In this document: positions 1 through 7,825 of the stretch, piece after piece
How the letters are laid out: every line of letters begins with the position of its first letter
Numbering within the stretch: position 1 is the stretch's first letter
Source of the DNA: Prevotellaceae bacterium
Lineage (GTDB): Bacteria; Bacteroidota; Bacteroidia; Bacteroidales; UBA932
DNA length: 44,464 nt
Direction: 5' to 3'
Assembly (NCBI GenBank): GCA_031258415.1
Contig: JAIRMW010000136.1
Location: 1 to 44,464, forward strand
Notes under the pieces: model-generated
What the model was told of the DNA's origin: nothing
Databases searched by the model: none
What the model saw: only the letters and a program-made list of their open reading frames with translations
Position numbers and translations under genes: made by a program

Positions 1-203
1 TCCTTGAGCCATGCGATATAATGCTCCATCCCGCCGGCCCAGCGGTCTTGAAAACTGCGCACCTCGCCCGCGTCGCCCCAGATCACCTCGTAATTGCGGT
101 TCGAGAAAAACGGCGGATCGAGGTAGATCAGGTCTACCGTCTCGTTGGCCATCCCCTTCAGGATTTCGAGATTGTCGCCCAGGATAAGTTTATTTACAGA
201 CAT
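1..203 (-). CDS. DNA methyltransferase (N6-adenine/N4-cytosine amino-MTase family), N-terminal 67 codons only; gene runs off the window start
   Basis: Not in the ORF track because it is open at the edge. The reverse complement of 1-203 reads MSVNKLILGDNLEILKGMANETVDLIYLDPPFFSNRNYEVIWGDAGEVRSFQDRWAGGMEHYIAWLK. A DPPF motif IV close to the N-terminus is typical of beta-class amino-methyltransferases. ATG is at 203-201. Confidence 0.7.
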   Translation of the reverse strand, partial: MSVNKLILGDNLEILKGMANETVDLIYLDPPFFSNRNYEVIWGDAGEVRSFQDRWAGGMEHYIAWLK

Positions 204-226
204 CGTCCCAAAAATTTAGTGCATCG

Positions 227-234
227 CAAAGGTA
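227..234 (-). promoter_or_regulatory. Bacteroidota -7 promoter box (TAccTTTG on minus strand) for the methyltransferase gene
   Basis: Plus strand reads caaaggta, which is TACCTTTG on the minus strand, 24 nt upstream of the ATG at 203. It matches the TAnnTTTG consensus. Confidence 0.45.
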
Positions 235-300
235 CAAAAATAATGGATAATGGCGTTAAGCGCACCAAACGGCGCGTTGAAAAGCCTTCGCATGTCGCAG

Positions 301-357
301 TCGCGCATCGCATGTCGCAAAGTCGAGTATCGAACATCGAGTATCGCGCATCGCGCC
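301..357. repeat. Degenerate heptamer tract TCGNNNA (about 8 units); inverted-orientation relative of the GAYRCTC array
   Basis: tcgcgca tcgcatg tcgcaaag tcgagta tcgaaca tcgagta tcgcgca tcgcgcc. TCGAGTA is the reverse complement of TACTCGA, a rotation of GATACTC. Confidence 0.6.
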
Positions 358-362
358 GGGCT

Positions 363-1853
363 CTATCCGCAGTGGAAATAGCGTTTGATAAGCGCCTGCA
401 TCCGGTCGGGCTGCTCGGCTATCTCCTGCCGGAGCCGGCGGTCGTCGAACGCCCGCAGCCCGGCGACGATCCCGTCGATCATGCCCGGCGAGAACACGCG
501 GTGCTGCTCATAAACCTCCCGCTGACGTTCCAGCGCATCGGCCGATTCGGCGCACGAAGCGGGCAGGCGCTCGAACGGCATGGCGGCGCGACGGTCGCCG
601 GCGCCGGCGACGTCGGAACAGGTGCGATCGGCAACCTCCAGCGCGTTGTCCATCGTCAGTCCGTGGCGGGCGGCTACGGCCAGTCCGGCGAGCAGCCGGT
701 AAACGTCGGCCGACCCGTCGGAGCACCGAAACTCAACGGTCTGTTTCCGGGAGAAGTCGACGTCCTGCGGCGGCTCCAGCGGATTGACCCTCCTCGACAT
801 CCCGCCGCCCGCCGACCACCCCAAGGGGACGCGCACCAGCGCCGCCCGGTTGCGCTCGCCCCAGCAGATACCCGTAGGCGCTTCCTGATCGGGCACCAGC
901 CGGAAATAGGACGTCGGGTTGGTATTCCCGAAAGCCGTCAGCGAGGGCGCCAGCGACAGGTAGCCGGCGATAGCCCGTTTCGCGACAGCGCTCAACTGTC
1001 CGTTCTCAATCAGCGCATTTCGATCCTCCTTCAGCAGGCGCGTATGAATGTGCATACCGCTGCCGGCCTTGCCGGACGTAATCTTGGGCGCGAAGGTGAT
1101 CGGTAGCCCGTAGCGGCGTGCCATCGTGCGCATAATCCATTTGGCAATCACCAGCTGGTCGGCGGCGTCTTCGAGGCGGATGGGGAGAAACTCGATCTCA
1201 TGCTGTTCATACAGTTGGCCGTCGAGCGTAAAATGCCCCACTTCGGAATGCCCGTATTTCAGCTGGCCGCCGGCCTGCGCGATAGCCCGCATCGCGGCGG
1301 TACGGAAGGGCGCCCCCTTGCAGAACGGCTCCGACTCGTGGTAGCCGCGCTGGTCGGCGCCGGCAAACAGCTCGTCGACAGGGCTGATCGTATAGTATTC
1401 CAGCTCGCCCATCGCCTCGAAAGTCAGGCCTGTGGCGTCGGTCAGCGCCCGGTGCGCTTTATGCAGCAGGCGCTCGGGCGCATCGTCGTAGGGCGTGCCG
1501 TCCTTGTCGAAAAAGGCGCAGAGCAGGTCGATCGCAGGGACTTCGCTAAAAGGATTGAGGAACGCCGTCGCGAAACGCGGAATGACGTAGAGGTCGCTCG
1601 CCCCCGCCTGAATATGGGAAAACAGGCTGGAGCCGTCGACCCGCTCGCCGCTGCTAAGGATCGTATCTAAATACCGAAAATCGTTAATCACGAAATTAAG
1701 GGTCTTCAACCGCCCGTCGCTGCCGGCGTAGCGGAAGTTGACCATCCGTACGCCGTTGTTTTCAATAAATTTCAGAATATCGGCTTTGGTAAAGTCGCCG
1801 GACGGCTTTTGTAAATATTGTACTAATGGATTTGCATTCAGTTTTGTAGTCAT
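363..1853 (-). CDS. glnA: Glutamine synthetase (about 500-aa GlnA type)
   Basis: 496-aa ORF with GS signatures KYGHSEVG and GSGMHIHT. The opposite-strand ORF 21..1106 is a high-GC shadow. Confidence 0.9.
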   Translation of the reverse strand: MTTKLNANPLVQYLQKPSGDFTKADILKFIENNGVRMVNFRYAGSDGRLKTLNFVINDFRYLDTILSSGERVDGSSLFSHIQAGASDLYVIPRFATAFLNPFSEVPAIDLLCAFFDKDGTPYDDAPERLLHKAHRALTDATGLTFEAMGELEYYTISPVDELFAGADQRGYHESEPFCKGAPFRTAAMRAIAQAGGQLKYGHSEVGHFTLDGQLYEQHEIEFLPIRLEDAADQLVIAKWIMRTMARRYGLPITFAPKITSGKAGSGMHIHTRLLKEDRNALIENGQLSAVAKRAIAGYLSLAPSLTAFGNTNPTSYFRLVPDQEAPTGICWGERNRAALVRVPLGWSAGGGMSRRVNPLEPPQDVDFSRKQTVEFRCSDGSADVYRLLAGLAVAARHGLTMDNALEVADRTCSDVAGAGDRRAAMPFERLPASCAESADALERQREVYEQHRVFSPGMIDGIVAGLRAFDDRRLRQEIAEQPDRMQALIKRYFHCG

Positions 1854-1873
1854 CGTATAAAAATTTTATATAA

Positions 1874-1881
1874 CAAATATA
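1874..1881 (-). promoter_or_regulatory. -7 promoter box (TATATTTG on minus strand) for glnA
   Basis: Plus strand reads caaatata, 21 nt upstream of the glnA ATG at 1853. Confidence 0.45.
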
Positions 1882-1919
1882 CATAATTTAAATGAATAAT
1901 GTGCGATGTGCGACTTTGC

Positions 1920-2129
1920 GACGCTCGACGCTCGATACTCGATGCTCGACGCTCGATACTCGATGCTCGATACTCGATACTCGATACTCGATGCTCGACG
2001 CTCGACGCTCGATACTCGATGCTCGATACTCGATGCTCGACGCTCGACGCTCGATACTCGATGCTCGACGCTCGACGCTCGATACTCGATGCTCGACGCT
2101 CGATGCTCGATGCTCGACGCTCGACGCTC
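1920..2129. repeat. 30 perfectly phased 7-bp tandem repeats, unit GAYRCTC
   Basis: Hand-split into exactly 30 heptamers with no indel. Only three variants occur: GACGCTC (C), GATACTC (A) and GATGCTC (T). Their order is CCATCATAAATCCATATCCATCCATCTTCC. Confidence 0.95.
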
Positions 2130-2143
2130 GACCCGCGCCGCCA

Positions 2144-2178
2144 GTCGAAAATCGAAAATCGAGTATCGAAAATCAATT
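2144..2178. repeat. Short heptamer tract (G/A)TCGAAA / ATCGAGT, 5 units
   Basis: gtcgaaa atcgaaa atcgagt atcgaaa atcaatt. ATCGAGT is complementary to units of the 1920-2129 array. Confidence 0.7.
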
Positions 2179-2270
2179 ACCGATTCCTTCAAAGGAATTA
2201 CCGATCCTTCAGGGGGATTGTTGTTTCCTTGAAGGGAGTTGTCATTTCCTTCAGGGGGATTGATTAATGC
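2175..2270. repeat. Tandem array of about 21-bp units (4 full units plus a partial) with TCCTTCA/GAAGG core
   Basis: aattaccgattccttcaaagg / aattaccgatccttcaggggg / attgttgtttccttgaaggg / agttgtcatttccttcaggggg / attgattaatgc. Unit 1 has TTCCTT..AAGGAA inverted arms. Confidence 0.8.
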
Positions 2271-2305
2271 GCAGGGTATTTTGACGTTGGGCGTTCGGGG
2301 GGGCG

Positions 2306-4339
2306 CTAAAAAGCGACGCCGAAGCCGGCATGAAAGCTGCCGAAGACCGAGTCGCTGCCTGTGAGCGTGAGCAGATGGTAGCCGACCGAAAAATACAAGT
2401 AGCTGAACGAATAGCTCAGGCCTCCTTCTAATTCCAGTCCCTGTTGCAGGTCGGGGCAGAAGTAGCTGTCGAAGTCGTACAGTTCCGAGTCGAGCGGGCG
2501 CTCTGCGTAGGCGACGTCGGGCGTTTTGAGGCGGAAGGCTTCCCCGTAGACGCCGTAGCCGGCGCCGGCATGGAGGTAGAAGCCGCCGGCGAGGTAGAAC
2601 ATCACGCCTGCGGTGAAGGCTTCGCGGCGGACTTCGCGGGAGTCTTTATTGAGGTCGCTGTCGGTAACGTCGGGGTAGTCGTTGGCGGTATAGAGGGTGC
2701 GGGAGTCGGATTCGTCGTTGGCGATGAGCGAGAAGAGGCGATCGGCCTTGTATCGGAGGTAGGCGCCCCAGCGTTTGCAGTAGCCTATCGATACGCCGAA
2801 GGGCGACGCCGGGGCGTAGAGGTATTCTGCGAATGCGCGTCCCTTGACGGGGGGCATCGTCCATTTTTCCTTCAACTGGCCGTAGAGTTCGTTCGCGCCC
2901 GGGCGGAGGGTGACGGTTTGGGTGAGGGGTTTGTAGCGGTAATGGCTGAAGGCGACGGTCGCCTTGCCGGGCTTGAGGTCGGTCTGGGTAAGGGGCGTCG
3001 TTCCGGCATACGCGCCGTTGATATTGACGGTTGCGCCGGCGGCGTTGGCGTCGACGGTTAGCGTGGCCGTTTTGGGTTTTTCCCGCAGGGTGGCCTGTAG
3101 CGTAGCCATTCGGCCTTCGGCGATCTGTATTTTTTCCGTGTAGGGTTCATAGCCGTCGGCGGTGAGGGTGATTTCGTGTTCGCCGGCCAGTATTTCGTTT
3201 ACGACCATCGGCGTCGCGCCCGGCTGCCGTTTGCCGTCGACGAGTACGGCGGCTTCGATATGTGCCGCAACGGTTACGTCCAACATGCCGTACATGGGTT
3301 TGGGGGGGTCGAGGTTGATCGTGCGCTGTTCGCCGTTGCGTGCCTCGATGGTCGCAAACGACGAGCGGTGCGAGGGTTTTCGCACTTCGACGTTGTAGAG
3401 CCCCGGCGTCAGGCGATCGTTCCATGTGCCGGCGGCTTTGCGCTCGTTGTTGATATAAATGTCGCCGTCGGCGCGGAAGGCGAGCGTGGCAAAGTTGGAG
3501 GGCAGGGTCAGCTGCGCCGTCGTGGCCTGCCCGTCGTGTACGACGCAGTCTTCCGTTACGGGAATGAAGAGGTTTTTGAAGGCGCGGACGGTATGTTTGC
3601 CGCTGCGTAGCGTATCGACGGTCAATGGCGTAACGCCGCGCCATTCGCCGTCGATCAGTACTTCGGCGCCTTGTTCGGGCTGCGTATGTATGGTTAATTT
3701 GCCGAACGCCGGTCGCAACGTCGCATGGATGGGTTCCGGCTTGCCGGCGGTGATTTCCACCAGCCCGCTTACCGGATGGTGCAACGGCGCTTCTACGGTA
3801 TACGCATGTTTGCCGTAGGGGAGGGGTTTGCTGAATTTTCCGCTGAGGAACATTTCGGGCGCGGCGTCGTCGATTTTGACGGTCGCTCCCTTGAGGGCGC
3901 AGTGGATGACGAGGTACTGGAATGCGGGCGTTTCTTCGACGACCGTCCGCACCGTTCCCGACCGGAGTTTCATAATGTATACGGTCGCTTCGCGCAACGG
4001 TTCGCTAAATTCATAGTCGCGCAATACGCCCAGATGCGCGTGTTTGAGGGTCAGTCGCCGCGTGCCCGGCGAGAGGTAGAGCCATATTTCGCCTGTGCGC
4101 GGCTCGGAATGCTCAATGCCCGCCATGCCGGCTTCGAACGTGAAGTCCGACCATGCCAGCGGCGTTTCAATTTTCACAATCGCGCAGGTTTTATTGTTCC
4201 GGTCTGTGCGGCGGTCGGTGATACGCGCCGACTGGTCGGCTCCGTTTGCGTAAAATTCCACGACCGAGAGTTCCTGCGCGGCAGCCGGCAGTCCGGCGGC
4301 GAGGCAGCAGGCTACGACGAGGGGGAGGATGCGTTTCAT
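2306..4339 (-). CDS. Outer-membrane PEGA-repeat protein with C-terminal small beta-barrel-like domain
   Basis: Signal peptide MKRILPLVVACCLAAGLPAAAQ. Several PEGA-like segments, for example GAEVLIDGEWRGVTPLTVDTLRSGKHTVRA and ATVNINGAYAGTTPL. The Gly/Tyr/aromatic-rich C-terminus ends in ...HAGFGVAF, an OMP-type terminal Phe. Confidence 0.7.
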   Translation of the reverse strand: MKRILPLVVACCLAAGLPAAAQELSVVEFYANGADQSARITDRRTDRNNKTCAIVKIETPLAWSDFTFEAGMAGIEHSEPRTGEIWLYLSPGTRRLTLKHAHLGVLRDYEFSEPLREATVYIMKLRSGTVRTVVEETPAFQYLVIHCALKGATVKIDDAAPEMFLSGKFSKPLPYGKHAYTVEAPLHHPVSGLVEITAGKPEPIHATLRPAFGKLTIHTQPEQGAEVLIDGEWRGVTPLTVDTLRSGKHTVRAFKNLFIPVTEDCVVHDGQATTAQLTLPSNFATLAFRADGDIYINNERKAAGTWNDRLTPGLYNVEVRKPSHRSSFATIEARNGEQRTINLDPPKPMYGMLDVTVAAHIEAAVLVDGKRQPGATPMVVNEILAGEHEITLTADGYEPYTEKIQIAEGRMATLQATLREKPKTATLTVDANAAGATVNINGAYAGTTPLTQTDLKPGKATVAFSHYRYKPLTQTVTLRPGANELYGQLKEKWTMPPVKGRAFAEYLYAPASPFGVSIGYCKRWGAYLRYKADRLFSLIANDESDSRTLYTANDYPDVTDSDLNKDSREVRREAFTAGVMFYLAGGFYLHAGAGYGVYGEAFRLKTPDVAYAERPLDSELYDFDSYFCPDLQQGLELEGGLSYSFSYLYFSVGYHLLTLTGSDSVFGSFHAGFGVAF

Positions 4340-4345
4340 AGTGCG

Positions 4346-6139
4346 TTAAAAATGGGTGATGTCATACAATCCGAAATCGGGGTCTTTCTCCGGCTGCCAA
4401 GTGCGGATATGGATCAGCGGCTCGGTCGTTCTGTTGAGATCGACCATCAGGAAAAGGTAGCCGGTATCGCCGTAGTTAGTCGAAAAATAATCCTGCTTGA
4501 GCTGAATCCCGTATATCTCGCCGCCCGCGCCTGCCTGCTTGACGCTGATGTCGGTAAAGTGGAGGTTGACGTATTCGTTGCTGCGGAAGACCGTCCCGAG
4601 CTGTCGGATATACTGTTCTTTTTTGTATTGCGTGAGCCGGACGGTATTGGGCGCCAGCCGCTGTTCGGCGCCCGTATAGTTTTTCACTACTTTTCCTACA
4701 ATAATCAGCGCGTTTTCCGAAAATATCGATTCGATAAAATCGAGGCGTTTCAGGGCGTAGGCTGTTTTGTAGGTTTCGATAAAATCGATGATGGCTAAGC
4801 GCGAATATTCGCCCCAGCGTCCGTGCTGCACGATTTCTTGACAGACGTTGTCGGGCAGCGCAAACGACAGGGAGCGGATTTTGCCGTCGGCCTGCGCAAT
4901 ATTGAATACGACGTTTTCGATAAACTGCCGCCGGTTATTGGAAAAATTGAAGCGCATAGGCAGCGCCCGCGCCATGACGCCGTCTTCAAACGCCATAAAC
5001 CGGTAGGTCGGCGATGCGAGGACTACCGCATTGCCGTATTGCACTAATCGGGTAAACATCTCGTAGCCTTCGTCGGTGAAGCAGTCGCGTACCGATTCGT
5101 AGCGCTTTGTCCGTATCGCCTTTTCGACCCGTTCGAGCATCGGTAGATAGGCGCCGCCGTCGGCCTCCTGCAGGAGGGGCGTTTCGTCTGTCGTGGGCGT
5201 GGCGGCGGGAGTGGCGGGGGGCGGCGGCGGCGTAAGAAGCGGCACATCCATATAGCTCTTTTTGAAAATAACCGGCTCCACTTTGCGCAGCACGTCGTCT
5301 ACTTCCTTATCGATGTGCCATTCGTTTTCAAAGGCGTATTCTATTTTGATGCGCAGGTTTTCGTGCAGCCGGCTGTCGCCGGTCATTTCGGCCACGCCTT
5401 TTCCGTCGCGTGCGGCAATCGTTTCCGACCAGTTGCGTCCGTCGAAAAACGAATAGTCGCCATTGACCACCGGCTGGCCGTCATAGCGGATGTCGAGCAG
5501 GTAGCGCGTGATAGCGCCGTCGTCGGACTGTTTACCGGCCACAGCGAACGACAGGTTGTCGAGCAGCGCATTGATCCGTTCCGGGATATGGACGTCTAAC
5601 CGGCGCGGCTCGCCGTTGATTTCCGTCGTGATCTCGGTCGCGTCGGGATGGCTTTGCAGCAGCAGCAAGGCCCAATAATAATAACGGAGAGCGTCGGCCA
5701 CCCGCCATTGTGTCTCGGCGCGGACGGCTATCGCGACAAATTCTTCGATTTTAGCTCTGCGGTCGGTGAAAATCTTATAGATTTCCGCCCGCTTGACAAA
5801 CCGGAATACATGCACTTCCGGCTCTTCGCCCCAACTGAGGATTTCGGTGTTTTTGATAGCCGCGCTCGAATAGGTTTGCACCAGCGAATGGACATATTGT
5901 GTATGCTGCGCCTTTCCGTCGTGCAGCGCTTCGCTGCTTTGCACGCTGAACTTGCTTTCCACCGTCGTCGAAATACTTCCGATAAGCATCGACAGCGCTT
6001 CCTTGTCGGCCTGCGTCGTGGTTTTACCCACGCCCTCGCCCCAATAGTAGTGATTATTGTTTTTGACCTGTTCGACGGTCTGTGCGGACACGGTGGTCGC
6101 CGCTGCTGTTAAGAGAAACCCTATAGCCAAGCGTTTCAT
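4346..6139 (-). CDS. Secreted protein of unknown function, LPP20-like N-terminal segment, Pro/Thr linker
   Basis: Signal peptide MKRLAIGFLLTAAATTVSAQ. YYWGEGVGKTTTQADKEALSMLIGSIS resembles LPP20-type lipoproteins; this comes from memory and was not searched. Linker is PPPPPATPAATPTTDE. A 6-nt gap to the downstream PEGA gene implies an operon. Confidence 0.55.
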   Translation of the reverse strand: MKRLAIGFLLTAAATTVSAQTVEQVKNNNHYYWGEGVGKTTTQADKEALSMLIGSISTTVESKFSVQSSEALHDGKAQHTQYVHSLVQTYSSAAIKNTEILSWGEEPEVHVFRFVKRAEIYKIFTDRRAKIEEFVAIAVRAETQWRVADALRYYYWALLLLQSHPDATEITTEINGEPRRLDVHIPERINALLDNLSFAVAGKQSDDGAITRYLLDIRYDGQPVVNGDYSFFDGRNWSETIAARDGKGVAEMTGDSRLHENLRIKIEYAFENEWHIDKEVDDVLRKVEPVIFKKSYMDVPLLTPPPPPATPAATPTTDETPLLQEADGGAYLPMLERVEKAIRTKRYESVRDCFTDEGYEMFTRLVQYGNAVVLASPTYRFMAFEDGVMARALPMRFNFSNNRRQFIENVVFNIAQADGKIRSLSFALPDNVCQEIVQHGRWGEYSRLAIIDFIETYKTAYALKRLDFIESIFSENALIIVGKVVKNYTGAEQRLAPNTVRLTQYKKEQYIRQLGTVFRSNEYVNLHFTDISVKQAGAGGEIYGIQLKQDYFSTNYGDTGYLFLMVDLNRTTEPLIHIRTWQPEKDPDFGLYDITHF

Positions 6140-6332
6140 AGTTGGGTTACGTATATTAGTTAGTTATTTATTGCGCGCGTTCTCCAGTCGCCCTCCGCTA
6201 CGGAGCGCGGAGGGGCGTTTGAAGGGACAAAATTACAGGAAAAACATCGCTTTTCCAAGCGCGTACAACTAAAAATGACGCGATAGGGCATTTTGTGACA
6301 AATGCGGCGTAGGCCGATGGCCGCAAAATAGC

Positions 6333-6340
6333 TACCTTTG
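6333..6340 (+). promoter_or_regulatory. -7 promoter box TACCTTTG immediately before mnmD-like ATG
   Basis: gctacctttgcaccATG. Only 4 nt lie between the box and the start codon at 6345. Confidence 0.5.
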
Positions 6341-6344
6341 CACC

Positions 6345-7034
6345 ATGAACAGCCAGTTGATTACTACTGCCGACGGGGCGCACAGCCTCTACGTGCCGGC
6401 CTTGAACGAGCACTACCATTCGGTAAACGGAGCGGTGCAGGAGTCGCGGCATGTGTTTATTGAAGCGGGATTTCGCTATAGCCGTCAAAATACGGCACAC
6501 ACTCCGCTGCGCATCCTCGAAGCGGGTTTCGGGACGGGGTTGAATGCGCTGCTTACATGGCTCGAGGCCGACCGCGACCACGACGGCGACCACGACAGCG
6601 CCGGCGTATACTACGAAGCGATTGAAAAATACCCGCTACCGGCCGACGTCGTCGCCCGGTTGAATTACAGTACGGTATTAGGCTTGCCCGACAACGGCCG
6701 GCTGGAGCGCCTGCACAGCCTGCCATGGGAACGAACGACGCGCCTGTCGCCCCGTTTTTCGTTGTGCAAACGTTGCATCGACCTGCGCGACTATCAGCCG
6801 GCGTCCCGGTTCGACCTGATCTACTTCGACGCTTTCGCTCCCGACGTCCAGCCCGATTTGTGGACGGAAGCCCTGTTCCGTACCCTCTACGCCGGTCTCT
6901 ACCCCGGCGGGGCGCTGGTAACCTATTCGGCCAAAGGGAGCGTTAAAACAGCCCTGCGGCAGGCCGGGTTTGAGCTCCGTCGCTTGCAGGGCGCCGCCGG
7001 AAAGCGGCACATGCTGCGAGCGGTAAAGCCTTAG
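6345..7034 (+). CDS. mnmD: tRNA (mnm5s2U34) methyltransferase, MnmD / MnmC methyltransferase-domain-only protein
   Basis: SAM-binding ILEAGFGTGLN and DLIYFDAFAPDVQPDLW, typical of the MnmC C-terminal domain/DUF752 family. 229 aa. Confidence 0.75.
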   Translation: MNSQLITTADGAHSLYVPALNEHYHSVNGAVQESRHVFIEAGFRYSRQNTAHTPLRILEAGFGTGLNALLTWLEADRDHDGDHDSAGVYYEAIEKYPLPADVVARLNYSTVLGLPDNGRLERLHSLPWERTTRLSPRFSLCKRCIDLRDYQPASRFDLIYFDAFAPDVQPDLWTEALFRTLYAGLYPGGALVTYSAKGSVKTALRQAGFELRRLQGAAGKRHMLRAVKP

Positions 7035-7807
7035 TGCGCCCGATCCCTCTCGAATAACGTCGTCGACGCCTGCGCCGCAGGCACTATTAACACATCGGCA
7101 ATATTGACGTGCGGCGGACAGCCGATCATATAGGCGATGAGGTCGGCCACGTCGGCGGCGTGCAACGGTTCAAAGCCGCTATACACCGCATTGGCGCGTG
7201 GCCGGTCGCCTTTGAAGCGCACGATTGAAAATTCGGTCTCTACCGCGCCCGGCGCTACCTGCGATACGCGAATGCCGAAGGGCAGCAATTCCATCCGCAA
7301 GCCCTTAGTGAGTGCATCAACGGCCTGCTTGGTGGCGCAATATACGTTGCCGTTGGGATACACCTCGCGGCCGGCAATAGAGCCTATATTAATAATGTGT
7401 CCCGTTCGCCGGGCGATCATGCGGGGCGCCACGAGGCGCGTCATATAAAGCATCCCTTTGAGGTTGGTGTCGATCATCCGTTCCCAATCGTCTAACAGGC
7501 CGTCGTGCACAGGCCTGAGTTCGACGGCTAAGCCGGCATTGTTCACTAACACGTCGATAGCCTGCCAGCGTTCGGGCAGGCGGCCGATATGGGCTTCGAC
7601 CTGCTGCGGATCGCGCACGTCGAAACATAACGGCAAGGTCGCCACGCCGCAGTCGGTCGATAATTGCTCCGCCAGCGCCGTCAGGCGGTCGTGGCGGCGA
7701 CCGGTCATAATTAAATCATAGCGGTCGGCCGCTAATCGCCGCGCCACAGCCTCGCCAATGCCCGACGTGGCGCCGGTAATGCAGACTGTTTTGTTCTCGC
7801 TTGACAT
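7031..7807 (-). CDS. SDR-family NADP-dependent oxidoreductase (YdfG-like)
   Basis: TGATSGIG cofactor motif, NNAG, and catalytic YCATK. Confidence 0.85.
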   Translation of the reverse strand: MSSENKTVCITGATSGIGEAVARRLAADRYDLIMTGRRHDRLTALAEQLSTDCGVATLPLCFDVRDPQQVEAHIGRLPERWQAIDVLVNNAGLAVELRPVHDGLLDDWERMIDTNLKGMLYMTRLVAPRMIARRTGHIINIGSIAGREVYPNGNVYCATKQAVDALTKGLRMELLPFGIRVSQVAPGAVETEFSIVRFKGDRPRANAVYSGFEPLHAADVADLIAYMIGCPPHVNIADVLIVPAAQASTTLFERDRAH

Positions 7808-7825
7808 TGTTCACCGTTCATTAAT

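Noticed and set aside
21-1106. 361-aa plus-strand ORF overlapping glnA. The same class includes 3725..4798, 9791..10582, 10637..11587, 12017..12979, 14553..15251, 15339..16259, 17508..18200, 19323..19970, 23071..24141, 29004..29942, 30381..31559, 32207..33355, 40239..41153 and others.
   Set aside because: These are antisense or out-of-frame shadow ORFs typical of high-GC DNA. Their translations are Arg/Pro/Gly/Ala-rich and lack recognisable motifs. Each overlaps a well-supported gene on the other strand or frame.
1850-2267. Five overlapping 108-123-aa ORFs with SIEHRAS / LDARRST heptad-like repeats.
   Set aside because: They are translations of the 7-bp array, which is stop-free in 5 of 6 frames. 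Simultaneous openness in multiple frames and strands, with no sensible start context, indicates non-coding simple sequence.
6189-6217. GC hairpin (CCCTCCGC...GCGGAGGG) followed by TTT upstream of the LPP20-like gene.
   Set aside because: No upstream plus-strand gene needs a terminator, and the hairpin lies in a divergent promoter spacer. It is too weak and isolated to call.
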